Below, in pieces: positions 26,052-35,395 of a stretch of DNA of 64,000 nt. Origin of the DNA: an uncultured bacterium (lineage in GTDB: Bacteria; Patescibacteriota; Minisyncoccia; Phycocordibacterales; UBA9973). The notes beneath the pieces were generated by a model. The model was not told where the DNA came from. It was given only the letters and a program-made list of their open reading frames with translations, and searched no databases. Location: the NCBI GenBank assembly GCA_903892035.1, contig CAITGV010000001.1:291310-355309 (forward strand). The letters are read 5' to 3'. Both the position numbers and the translations under genes were made by a program. The first letter of the stretch is position 1. Each line of letters starts with the position of its first letter.

Positions 26052-27221
26052 TTATTTTCCATGCCCCAAAACTTCTTCGTAGTATTTCAAATATTCTTTT
26101 ACTTTTTTTTCCGCAGTGAAATTTAATGCAACAGTTTCTTTTGCATTCTGACCAAGTTTTTTTACGAGTACATCATCGTGCGAAAGGGTGCGAATTTTCT
26201 CAGTAAAACTTTTTATATCACCAATTGAAAAAAGAAAACCAGATTTTCCATTTTGCATAAATTCTGGAATGCCACCCACGCGTGTAGCGAGCACAGCTTT
26301 GCCGTAAGACATTGTCTCAAGTATTCCCATACCAAAGCTTTCTTCGGAAGAGGTGTAGAGGCCGATGTCGCTAGCATTTATGTAGTTTTCAATATCTTGC
26401 ACATGAGATTTTATAATTATATTTTTTTCAATACCAAGTTTTTTGACCAGTGGCATAAATGGTGAAAAATCATTTCCAGAAAGAATTAGAAGCTTAATGT
26501 GTTTTTCTTTTTTTAGTTTCGACATTATTTCAAGTAAATCAGGAATGCGTTTAACGGGGCGAAGATTTGAGAGATGAATGACAAGAAAATCATCGGGCGA
26601 GCTGCCGAGGCTTTTTCGGATTGATGCGGGAGACCTTGTTGGAATTTTAGGATTGTAAAAATTATGTATAACCTTAATTTCTTTTTTTGTTTTCAATACT
26701 TTTATTGTATCTTTTTTTAAGCTTTCCGATACTGTTGTGACTCCGCAAGAGCTCTCTATTGAATACTTGATTACTGGCATGACTGTCTTGTCACGACCGA
26801 GAAGTGTAATGTCTGTCCCGTGTAATGTGGTGACAACATTTGGAAAAGGAATTTTTTCTTCTTCTGCGATACTTTTTGCGAGAAGTGCAGCGGTGGCATG
26901 TGGTACTGCGTAGTGCACATGTAAAATATCAAGCTTGTATTTTTTTGCCACGTCTACCATCTTTACAGCGAGAGGAAGAGTGTAGTCTGGATATTTGAAA
27001 AGTTCGTATCCGTTGAATTCAACTTTATGAAAAAAAGTATTTGGCTCATCCTTATCGAGCTTGAAAGGCTCCGCATAGCTGATGAAATGCACGGTGTGAC
27101 CCAAGCGTGCGAGTTCTGTACCGAGCTGGGTTGCGACAATACCAGAACCACCGACAGAAGGGTAGCAGACCATTCCAATAGAAAGTTTTTTCATATGTTT
27201 TATTTTTTTATTTTCAGTCAT
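26052..27221 (-). CDS. bshA: N-acetyl-alpha-D-glucosaminyl L-malate synthase
   Basis: CYPSVGGSGIVAT.LG, LHVHYAVPHA, TTLHGTDITL, SN.RPVKR and ESFG signatures. Confidence 0.92.
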   Translation of the reverse strand: MTENKKIKHMKKLSIGMVCYPSVGGSGIVATQLGTELARLGHTVHFISYAEPFKLDKDEPNTFFHKVEFNGYELFKYPDYTLPLAVKMVDVAKKYKLDILHVHYAVPHATAALLAKSIAEEEKIPFPNVVTTLHGTDITLLGRDKTVMPVIKYSIESSCGVTTVSESLKKDTIKVLKTKKEIKVIHNFYNPKIPTRSPASIRKSLGSSPDDFLVIHLSNLRPVKRIPDLLEIMSKLKKEKHIKLLILSGNDFSPFMPLVKKLGIEKNIIIKSHVQDIENYINASDIGLYTSSEESFGMGILETMSYGKAVLATRVGGIPEFMQNGKSGFLFSIGDIKSFTEKIRTLSHDDVLVKKLGQNAKETVALNFTAEKKVKEYLKYYEEVLGHGK

Positions 27222-27928
27222 TATTTGAATTTTCTTGAAGAGCCAAGCGCTGTAATACTTTCAATCATAATTGGATCATTTACCCAAAGTGGGACTGCGT
27301 ATTCGACGCCAATAGTACTACCTAGGTATTTGGCTTTACTTGAAACAATATTTAAATATCCACGAGTTTTCATCTGACTTTTGTGAATTTCCATCGCCTC
27401 TACCCACTTGCTGTATTGTTCTGAGACGTCTATTACAATGTCGGGTTTTTTATCAAACTCGGCACTTGATGGATAGTAATATAGTGAATCAACAGTGTGC
27501 GTCGGAAGTTTTTTGAGCTCTTTGAGTCCGCCGTAACGTGCAAGTCTTGAACTAGCTCGAACTATTTGTGCGAGAGCTGTGTGGTCTGGATGTTGGTTTT
27601 CTGAAAGCGATGGAGCTAGCACTATATCTGGTTTCCATTTGCGAATAATTTCAGCAATTTTTATTCTACTTTTTGTATTGTCTTCAATATGACAGTCGCC
27701 ACCCAAATTAATATATTCAAATTCTGCACCAATATGTTTTGCTGCTGATTGCGCTTCTTTTTTTCGAGATTCTGGTGTGCCATTTGTTCCTGCTTCACCG
27801 AGCGAACAAACTACAATTTTTACTTCTGCTCCACCTTCAATTTCCTTGATGAGTAGCCCTGTCGCGCCAAATTCGACGTCGTCAGGGTGAGCACCGAAAG
27901 CTAGTATTTTTTTGTTTTCGTTTTTCAT
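27221..27928 (-). CDS. bshB1: PIG-L/LmbE deacetylase, BshB1-like
   Basis: AHPDDVE, GEAGTNGT, HPDH and H.SQ motifs; adjacent to bshA. Confidence 0.88.
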   Translation of the reverse strand: MKNENKKILAFGAHPDDVEFGATGLLIKEIEGGAEVKIVVCSLGEAGTNGTPESRKKEAQSAAKHIGAEFEYINLGGDCHIEDNTKSRIKIAEIIRKWKPDIVLAPSLSENQHPDHTALAQIVRASSRLARYGGLKELKKLPTHTVDSLYYYPSSAEFDKKPDIVIDVSEQYSKWVEAMEIHKSQMKTRGYLNIVSSKAKYLGSTIGVEYAVPLWVNDPIMIESITALGSSRKFK

Positions 27929-27945
27929 ATTAAGTATGTTATTTA

Positions 27946-28728
27946 TTATTCGACTTCTGGTAAATATGCGTAATTTGAATCTTCGATTTCGTCTCTTTTT
28001 GTGAAAGTAACTTCTGGGAAGTCTGTCTTTATAAGGTAGCTGTCTTCTCCGGCACCTGAAATATAGTGAGTACAGTATATCACTGATTGCATCCAAGAAA
28101 AGCGTTCAGCTCGGCCAGGGTTTTTTTGCCATTTTTCGATGCGTTCCGGCATTGGAATTTCAAAATATTTTCCGCCACCTTCATGGAGCCTGAGTGATCC
28201 ATCGTGCATTTCAGCACGGACAGTTTCGTTTTCATAAGGCACATCAGCATAAAATTCTGCCTTAAGATCTGAAGCTTGCATACGAAAGTCGTGGTCTCCC
28301 GAGCGGACGACTTCAATACCATCGAGAAGCCCAAGCTTTTTATACATATCTAGGCAAAAGTCTGCGGCGTTTTTTCCTTCAACATTTTTAAATATTTCCA
28401 AATTTTCTTTTGATACAAGTTGGGGAAGTTTGCGGAGCGTTTCTTCTTTCCACCCGGCTGGAATCATTTTTGCATAAAGTGGAGAATATTTTTTCTGTAT
28501 TTTGTTTTCTTGTAGAAAATTTAGGCGAATGTCTTTACCTGTAGCCCTTTCACGCAAGAGGGTAATGGTCTCGCGATAGTCGGCATCTGAGTCGTGATAG
28601 AAAAATACAATTTTCCCGCCAATTTCTTTTTGCAATTTCCTTGCCGTCTGTATCTTTGCATACAAAAACCTCTTTGGAAAAAATCCACAAGGTTGCTGTC
28701 CGAAACAAATTACTGGCTCTTTACTCAT
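27946..28728 (-). CDS. Short, divergent BshC-like ligase
   Basis: GQQP...LY.K, VFFYHDSDAD and YISGAGEDSY resemble BshC GQQ/EDHD/GPGE.Y motifs; first gene of the bsh operon. Confidence 0.65.
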   Translation of the reverse strand: MSKEPVICFGQQPCGFFPKRFLYAKIQTARKLQKEIGGKIVFFYHDSDADYRETITLLRERATGKDIRLNFLQENKIQKKYSPLYAKMIPAGWKEETLRKLPQLVSKENLEIFKNVEGKNAADFCLDMYKKLGLLDGIEVVRSGDHDFRMQASDLKAEFYADVPYENETVRAEMHDGSLRLHEGGGKYFEIPMPERIEKWQKNPGRAERFSWMQSVIYCTHYISGAGEDSYLIKTDFPEVTFTKRDEIEDSNYAYLPEVE

Positions 28729-28813
28729 CTGGCCATTGTAGCAGTTTGAGGAGTAAATGTAGAAATAATTGAAGCCCTAGCGTAAACATTTTTATCGTGG
28801 TAAACTATTTATT

Positions 28814-29032
28814 ATGAATGCTGTAATTATTCCACAAAAAATAGCACAGAAAGGTGATTTGGTTGTTCTTCCTCGCAAGGAATACGAGGAGCTTTTTAGG
28901 TTTTCTCCTCAAGCAAAAACAGACTGGATATATGAAAAGCCTGTCGTTAAATATATAAAAGAAAGAATACGTGCAGCAGAATCAGAATTTAAAAAAGGCA
29001 AAATGACAGTTTGGAAGCCAAAGTTAAAATAA
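28814..29032 (+). CDS. Type II antitoxin-like protein
   Basis: LVVLPRKEYEEL motif and A..E.K.GK C-terminus; directly upstream of a RelE-like gene. Confidence 0.7.
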   Translation: MNAVIIPQKIAQKGDLVVLPRKEYEELFRFSPQAKTDWIYEKPVVKYIKERIRAAESEFKKGKMTVWKPKLK

Positions 29033-29033
29033 T

Positions 29034-29317
29034 ATGTACACAATTAATTTTGGGAGTGCAGTAAAGAAAGATTTAAAGAACTTACCAAAAACATCCAAAA
29101 TAAAATTGATGAGATTTTTATTTTGCTTTCAAATAATTCTAAGATAGGAGAAGGATTGTCAGGTGAATATCTTGGATTTTATTCGTATCATTTCAGAAAC
29201 AAAAAAACTGAATATAGAATCATTTACAGTGTAAAAGACGAAATAATGACTATTTTTATCATTCTCGTCGGCACAAGAGAAAATATTTACAAACAACTCA
29301 AACAAAGATTGCACTAA
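29034..29317 (+). pseudogene. RelE/ParE family toxin split by a -1 frameshift
   Basis: MYTINFGSAVKKDLKNLPK (from 29034) joins NIQNKIDE...L.G...YRIIY...LVGTRENIY in the -1 frame at the A5 run 29087-29091. Confidence 0.8.
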
Positions 29318-29345
29318 GACATTCAATCTCCTAATATTTTGAATT

Positions 29346-30044
29346 ATGAAAATCAATAACAAAATTACTAACTTTTTCTTGGTTAAACGGCCTGAAACGG
29401 AAAATAAATGGTGGCATCGATTATTTACAGTTTTGCTTTTTGGATCTACTATTTTTGTTTTAATATTAACTGTTTATCTATCTATTGGTAACAATAATCA
29501 TGATTGGGTTGCCAATAATATAACTTTTAATTTAGAGCCAAATTATAAAGAAGCCATTGGTAAAGAATTTCCTTGTGTTAGGTCACTCTTTATTAAATGT
29601 AATGATGTTGGTGTTTCTTCTTACGACCTAGACCGCTATGAAAAACTTTGGGAAACAACACGTGATAACTTATGGGAACAAACTGGATTAGACAATAAGT
29701 ATGGTGCCGATTGTATAAAAAAATTTGGAGAAAAACTAACACAATTTGAGGTAGTCACTTTAGAATTAGAAGCACCTACAAATAAATCAGGTGATGAAAT
29801 TATTTGTTGGCGGAAAGTAGCTCTAGACGAAGGTAATGACCCAGCATATGCTACATATGAAAACATAATTAAAAATTTACCCCTTACTTTAAAAGTTTCT
29901 AAAGATATTAACTATGGGTTTATACTGAGCGACCTTGCATATTGGATATTCGTTCCAATTATTACCGTATCTATTTGGGTTATGTTTTGGAGTACGATTG
30001 TGTATAGGTCTATTCTTTATGTAGTTTTCGGAAAGAAAAAATAA
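29346..30044 (+). CDS. Hypothetical two-TM protein with a Cys-containing extracellular loop
   Basis: KWWHRL plus TM, four Cys, C-terminal TM and YVVFG. Confidence 0.7.
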   Translation: MKINNKITNFFLVKRPETENKWWHRLFTVLLFGSTIFVLILTVYLSIGNNNHDWVANNITFNLEPNYKEAIGKEFPCVRSLFIKCNDVGVSSYDLDRYEKLWETTRDNLWEQTGLDNKYGADCIKKFGEKLTQFEVVTLELEAPTNKSGDEIICWRKVALDEGNDPAYATYENIIKNLPLTLKVSKDINYGFILSDLAYWIFVPIITVSIWVMFWSTIVYRSILYVVFGKKK

Positions 30045-30647
30045 ATGAATAATGTAAAAGACGCACTAAACTGGGCACAGGGCTTTGAGCGCTACACTAA
30101 TTCAAAATATATTTTAGATTCTTCATCTTGGGAAGAAGCACAAAATAAAATTGATAACATTCTAAATGTTGAAAAGGCAAGAGGAAATCATACAGTTCTT
30201 TATTATGAAGTCGAGGATAATACATTATGGAACGAGTATAGATTTTTGTTTCTATGTCAATTTTTAGAATTTAAAACAGCAGAATTTTTTTCTAAGCTTG
30301 AAGGTGAAGGAAAAGTAAAGCAAGAGTTCATATTAAAACTTAAAAAGGATAAAAAAGCTAACACCGAAAGAGCGAGTTCCGCAGACAACAAGCGCATACT
30401 TTCTCCCGCATCTTTGATTTCCGACCTTGGTTTTAATTTAGGAGATTTGGTGGTTGAATTAGAGCGATCAACCAGTAATTTTGGTAATAAAGAAAAGTTA
30501 TTAAATTGCTTAAAAAAATTTAATGTACACAGAATTAGTTTTACTCATCATTCCTTTAACACAAAAAAGAAAGCAGGTGATATTAATCTGAAAGATATAA
30601 TTCTCACTGGAACAAAATCAGGAAACGAAGCTCTAAAATTTCTGTGA
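30045..30647 (+). CDS. Hypothetical protein
   Basis: 200-aa ORF abutting the previous gene; no family recognised. Confidence 0.65.
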   Translation: MNNVKDALNWAQGFERYTNSKYILDSSSWEEAQNKIDNILNVEKARGNHTVLYYEVEDNTLWNEYRFLFLCQFLEFKTAEFFSKLEGEGKVKQEFILKLKKDKKANTERASSADNKRILSPASLISDLGFNLGDLVVELERSTSNFGNKEKLLNCLKKFNVHRISFTHHSFNTKKKAGDINLKDIILTGTKSGNEALKFL

Positions 30648-30735
30648 ATTGTTGAGATAAAATAAGGTCACCTTAGCTTTGGACCCAAACAATCAGCAAA
30701 TTCCGCCTTTTCTGCTATACTCTTAAAACATTATT

Positions 30736-32475
30736 ATGAAAATCTTTTACCACTATCTAAAAAAATATTGGAAGCTCTGTGGACTTGTGCTTTTACTTGC
30801 GTCGATTAACCAGATTTTTTCTTTGCTTGACCCATATATATTTAGCAGAGTCATAGATAAATACGCAACGCAGTTCAACCTCTATACTAAAGCGGAGTTT
30901 TTTCAAGGTGTTGGCGTTTTGTTGCTCGCTATCGTGGGTGTGGCTCTCATTTCGCGCATTGCAAAAAATTTTCAAGATTATTATTTGAATGGCATCAGTA
31001 AGCGCGTCGGTGCTGATATGTATAGAGATGGCGTAGCGCATTCACTCTCGCTTCCGTATGAAGTATTTGAAGACGAGAGAAGTGGAGAGACACTCGGCAA
31101 ATTACAAAAAGTACGTGACGATACCGAGCGACTCATCGCAGCTCTCATAAATGTAGTTTTTGTTTCTTTTATTGGATTTTTCTTTGTCGCTATTTATGCT
31201 GTGCACATTTATTGGGGAATTGCTTTAGCTTTTATTTTGACCATTCCGCTCATTGGTGGAATGTCTATGGTATTTTCTCAAAAAATAAAAAAGATTCAGA
31301 AAATAATTGTAGCAGAAACTACATCACTCGCTGGCTCTACTACAGAATCACTACGAAATATTGAGCTTGTAAAAAGTCTTGGACTTTCAGACCAAGAAAT
31401 CGACCGACTTAATAGTACGACTGGAAAAATTTTAAAACTAGAACTCAAAAAACTTCGCTATGTTCGTAGCCTCAGTTTTATTCAAGGTACTGTTATAAAT
31501 CTTGTACGCACAAGTATTTTGTTTTTCTTGCTCTATCTAATATACGTAAAGACGATTACTTTCGGGCAATTCTTCTCACTATACATTTATTCATTCTATG
31601 TTTTCAATCCATTACAAGAAATGGGTACAGTCATTTCTACTTATCGTGAGGCTGAAGCTTCGCTTGTCAACTTTGAGACACTTAAAAATACACCGAGTGA
31701 GCCCGAAGCAAAAGATCCAAAATCTATCGGCCCTGTCGAAAAACTTTCTTTCAAAAATGTTTCTTTTGGTTATAAGAGTTCAAAGGCACTTGCGCTCGAT
31801 GGTATTTCCTATGATGTTGTACGAGGTCAGACAATAGCTTTTGTGGGCCCATCTGGAGCGGGGAAGACTTCACTTGTAAAATTGCTCGTTGGTCTTTATG
31901 CACCGACAGAAGGTGAAATTCTATACAATGGGATTTCTGATAAAAAAATAAAAAAAGATGAACTTAGGAAACAGATCGGATTTGTCACACAAGATACACA
32001 ACTTTTTTCAGGAACAATTCGTGAAAATCTACACTTCGTAAATCCGTCTACTAGTGATGTTGAGTGTCTTACAGCCTTAAATGAAGCGCAATGCCAAAAT
32101 CTACTTATGAGAGGTGGTCTCGGGCTTGATACTTTAATTGGTGAGGGTGGTGTAAAAGTTTCTGGGGGAGAAAAACAACGTCTTTCTATTGCTCGCGCAC
32201 TTTTGCGCACGCCAAATATTTTAGTTTTTGACGAAGCTACGAGTTCCCTCGATTCGTTAACAGAAGAAGAAATAGTAAAAACTATTCGTGATGTTTCTAG
32301 TGCTAGTTCAAAAATTACGATTATTATCGCCCACAGACTTTCTACAATTATGCACGCGGACACAATACATGTTTTAGAAAAAGGAAAAATAATTGAATCC
32401 GGTTCACATTCTATACTTCTTGAAAAACATGGTCTATATTCTGCAATGTGGCGACAGCAAATAGGGGAGAGATGA
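30736..32475 (+). CDS. ABC exporter, fused permease/ATPase (MdlB-like)
   Basis: TMD plus GPSGAGKT, VSGGEKQR, FDEATSSLD and IAHRLST motifs. Confidence 0.95.
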   Translation: MKIFYHYLKKYWKLCGLVLLLASINQIFSLLDPYIFSRVIDKYATQFNLYTKAEFFQGVGVLLLAIVGVALISRIAKNFQDYYLNGISKRVGADMYRDGVAHSLSLPYEVFEDERSGETLGKLQKVRDDTERLIAALINVVFVSFIGFFFVAIYAVHIYWGIALAFILTIPLIGGMSMVFSQKIKKIQKIIVAETTSLAGSTTESLRNIELVKSLGLSDQEIDRLNSTTGKILKLELKKLRYVRSLSFIQGTVINLVRTSILFFLLYLIYVKTITFGQFFSLYIYSFYVFNPLQEMGTVISTYREAEASLVNFETLKNTPSEPEAKDPKSIGPVEKLSFKNVSFGYKSSKALALDGISYDVVRGQTIAFVGPSGAGKTSLVKLLVGLYAPTEGEILYNGISDKKIKKDELRKQIGFVTQDTQLFSGTIRENLHFVNPSTSDVECLTALNEAQCQNLLMRGGLGLDTLIGEGGVKVSGGEKQRLSIARALLRTPNILVFDEATSSLDSLTEEEIVKTIRDVSSASSKITIIIAHRLSTIMHADTIHVLEKGKIIESGSHSILLEKHGLYSAMWRQQIGER

Positions 32476-32554
32476 AATTATTGACAAAACACTAAATATA
32501 TATTAATCTTTGGGCTGATTTAAAAAAAAGTTTCACCTTTAAAAACAAAAAAAA

Positions 32555-33280
32555 ATGTACCCAAAACTCGACAATGTGGCGCAATTGCGCCTCGGAAAAA
32601 ACAAATTCCCCGGCCAGGTATTGGTAATCGGGAAGAATGACAGTAATCAAGCTATCATTATGTATGCGGTGCTTAGCCGGGCTCCTGCTTTTGGAGAAAG
32701 GCATTTCCATGTAAAAGACAAAGAAATTTATTTATCTTTTATCAGGCACAATGAAGATTTTCTTAAAAGGGAGTGTGAACATCAAACAACCTCTTCTTTG
32801 AAAATTGATGGAAAAAGTTGTTATGCGGTTGGTAATGGTCACCAAGTAAGTGCTATTACCAATGGATTAAAAGATGGGAACTATTTTCCCGGACTTTTAA
32901 ACAGTGAATGGACACACAAAAATGATGTCCATGGTACTCCTAGAATTTCAGGACTAATCACCCTGAAAAAAGACATTGCAGAATTCTCTATGTCGCAAAT
33001 TTTGCAACAAGAAACTTCCCCAAAGGATTCCGAGTATCACTGTCACTCACATTTGAAAGTGAGTGATGGAATGGGTAAATGCCTACTTGCTTATGATGGT
33101 GACGACGACCCATTGTCGTCCTTTCGCTATCACCCTTTTGATGTACCACTAGTTGGGGACATCAAAACAATAGGTGATTCCTATTGGTCCATTTTGTATC
33201 ACAAATACCGCACAGCGTTATTTGTGAGAAGCATTGATCTTTCATCAAGAAAGGTCAATCAATATTTGATTCGATATTAA
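32555..33280 (+). CDS. Divergent IMP cyclohydrolase-like (PurO/Ntn-fold) protein
   Basis: FPGQVLVIG (cf. YPGRGI..G), VGNGHQ, TPRISG and Y.GD.DPL.SF patterns. Confidence 0.6.
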   Translation: MYPKLDNVAQLRLGKNKFPGQVLVIGKNDSNQAIIMYAVLSRAPAFGERHFHVKDKEIYLSFIRHNEDFLKRECEHQTTSSLKIDGKSCYAVGNGHQVSAITNGLKDGNYFPGLLNSEWTHKNDVHGTPRISGLITLKKDIAEFSMSQILQQETSPKDSEYHCHSHLKVSDGMGKCLLAYDGDDDPLSSFRYHPFDVPLVGDIKTIGDSYWSILYHKYRTALFVRSIDLSSRKVNQYLIRY

Positions 33281-33290
33281 TTTTATTATT

Positions 33291-33320
33291 CAAGCCCGAG
33301 TTTATAATTCGGGCTTGTTT
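33291..33320. terminator. Bidirectional terminator between convergent genes
   Basis: caagcccga...tcgggcttg hairpin. Confidence 0.75.
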
Positions 33321-33804
33321 ATTTACACTTTAAACCTTGTTTAAATCCACTGGTCGGAGAGATATTTGGAATTAATCCAACAAAACCATTTTGATCAGTG
33401 CAGTAATACTGACCAATATTTACCGTAGACGGAGCAATGATAGTAAAACTTTTTGAAGGAAAATTTGTATCGACAACACAAGACACACTGTTTGTAGTAA
33501 CTTTTTGAATCCCAGCAATTATTGTGCCGATGCTAATATTTTGTGATGCATCTGCACAAATATTTTTTTGATTCGAAATTCCATAATTTCTATTTTGTAC
33601 ATAATATGCGAGACTCACCGAACCGACACTTTTTATAGAATCTTTTATTATTGCGTCGACTTGTGTTGTAGTTTGACCGATGACATTATTTTTCAATGTA
33701 TTCGCATTATTGATTGCGTCATTTACTTTTGATTTATTATTTAAATACCAATATCCTCCGTACGCTATTGCTAATAATATTATAATTCCAATTATTTTTT
33801 TCAT
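33319..33804 (-). CDS. Membrane-anchored protein with a pilin-like Cys-containing C-terminus
   Basis: N-terminal TM and YYCTDQNG motif resembling CPR pilin C-termini. Confidence 0.6.
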   Translation of the reverse strand: MKKIIGIIILLAIAYGGYWYLNNKSKVNDAINNANTLKNNVIGQTTTQVDAIIKDSIKSVGSVSLAYYVQNRNYGISNQKNICADASQNISIGTIIAGIQKVTTNSVSCVVDTNFPSKSFTIIAPSTVNIGQYYCTDQNGFVGLIPNISPTSGFKQGLKCK

Positions 33805-33870
33805 TACTACAGTATATGCCCAAAAGGGGTATAAGCACAATATTTTTGCTTATTGTATAATATGTGAATA

Positions 33871-35394
33871 ATGAATATGCCAAAGAAACAAGTATTACTC
33901 TTGATCTTAGACGGCTGGGGATACAGAGATGAAATTGGAAATAATTCAATAGCTCAAGCTAAAACTCCAAATTTTGATTATCTTTGGGCAAATTACCCAC
34001 ACGCATTTTTACAAGCATCTGGTAATGCCGTCGGACTTCCAACTGGAGTAATAGGAAATAGTGAAGTGGGTCACATGACAATAGGCGCAGGAAAAGTTTT
34101 AAATACTGACTTAGTTCGGATATCAAATTCTATTACAAGTGGAGATTTTAAAAAAAATGTTGGTTTCGAAAAGCTTTTTGAACATATAAAAAAATTTGAT
34201 TCGACTTTGCATATTGTAGGTCTTCTTAGTCCAATAGGGGTACATAGTCACCAAGAGCATTTGCATGCATTTTTAGAATTAGTAAAAAGTCATAATATTA
34301 AAAAAGTTGTTATTCATGTCATCACCGATGGCAGAGATAGTCCTCCAAAAGAAAGTGCAAAATATTTAAAAAAATTAGAAGAACACATTTCTACGCTCGG
34401 TATTGGAAATATTGTAAGTATGGTGGGTCGTCACTATGCAATGGATAGAGACAAAAATTGGGAGCGTACTCAAAAAGCTGTCGACGCAATTTTTTTTGGT
34501 GGCGGGGAAAAAGTAAAAAATATTTTACCTTCAAAAAAACTGGAAGAAGAATATGAAAAAGGAATTAATGATGAATTTTTAGAACCTTTCGTATTTTTAG
34601 ATGAAAATGAAAATATTTCCTCAATTATGAAAAATGACGCAATTTTTATTTTTAATTTTCGTTCAGATAGGCCAAGACAACTTTGTTATAAAATAATGGA
34701 AAAAAAGAAAGAAGAAAATTTATTTTTTGTGACAATGACAGAATACTCAAAAGATATTGATAGTGTTGTGGCTTTTCCACCACAAAATATAGAGACTAAC
34801 CTTGCGTGTGAAATTTCAAAAGCAGGTTTAAATCAAGTGCACATAGCAGAAACAGAAAAGTATGCACACGTTACATATTTTTTTAATGGTGGACATAGTG
34901 CGCCATACGAAAATGAGAAGCATATTTTGATAGATAGTAGAAAAGATATAATTTCTCATGATATGGCTCCAGAAATGCGAGCCACAGAAATTGCTGATGC
35001 AGTCATTAAATCCATAGAAGATGATACAAATTTTATTTTAGTAAATTTTGCAAATGCAGATATGGTGGGCCATACTGCAAATATGCCAGCTATTGTAAAA
35101 GGTGTAGAAATGATTGACATGCAAATTGGTCGAATAATGAAAACCTTGGAAAATAACGGTGGCGTGGCTTTTATAACAGCTGACCATGGAAATGCCGAGG
35201 AAAATATTGATATAATAACAGGTGAAAGACATACAGCTCATACATTAAACACTGTGCCAGCAATATTTACCGAAAAAGGAAAAATATTACAAAGTGGATC
35301 TCTTTCTGATGTAGCCCCGACGATCTTGAATTTTTTAAATTTAGAAGTGCCTCTTTCTATGACAGGAAAAAATTTATTAATAAATAATAATTAA
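33871..35394 (+). CDS. gpmI: 2,3-BPG-independent phosphoglycerate mutase
   Basis: ILDGWG, GNSEVGH, YAMDRD, AETEKYAHVT and TADHGNAE motifs. Confidence 0.97.
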   Translation: MNMPKKQVLLLILDGWGYRDEIGNNSIAQAKTPNFDYLWANYPHAFLQASGNAVGLPTGVIGNSEVGHMTIGAGKVLNTDLVRISNSITSGDFKKNVGFEKLFEHIKKFDSTLHIVGLLSPIGVHSHQEHLHAFLELVKSHNIKKVVIHVITDGRDSPPKESAKYLKKLEEHISTLGIGNIVSMVGRHYAMDRDKNWERTQKAVDAIFFGGGEKVKNILPSKKLEEEYEKGINDEFLEPFVFLDENENISSIMKNDAIFIFNFRSDRPRQLCYKIMEKKKEENLFFVTMTEYSKDIDSVVAFPPQNIETNLACEISKAGLNQVHIAETEKYAHVTYFFNGGHSAPYENEKHILIDSRKDIISHDMAPEMRATEIADAVIKSIEDDTNFILVNFANADMVGHTANMPAIVKGVEMIDMQIGRIMKTLENNGGVAFITADHGNAEENIDIITGERHTAHTLNTVPAIFTEKGKILQSGSLSDVAPTILNFLNLEVPLSMTGKNLLINNN

Positions 35395-35395
35395 A

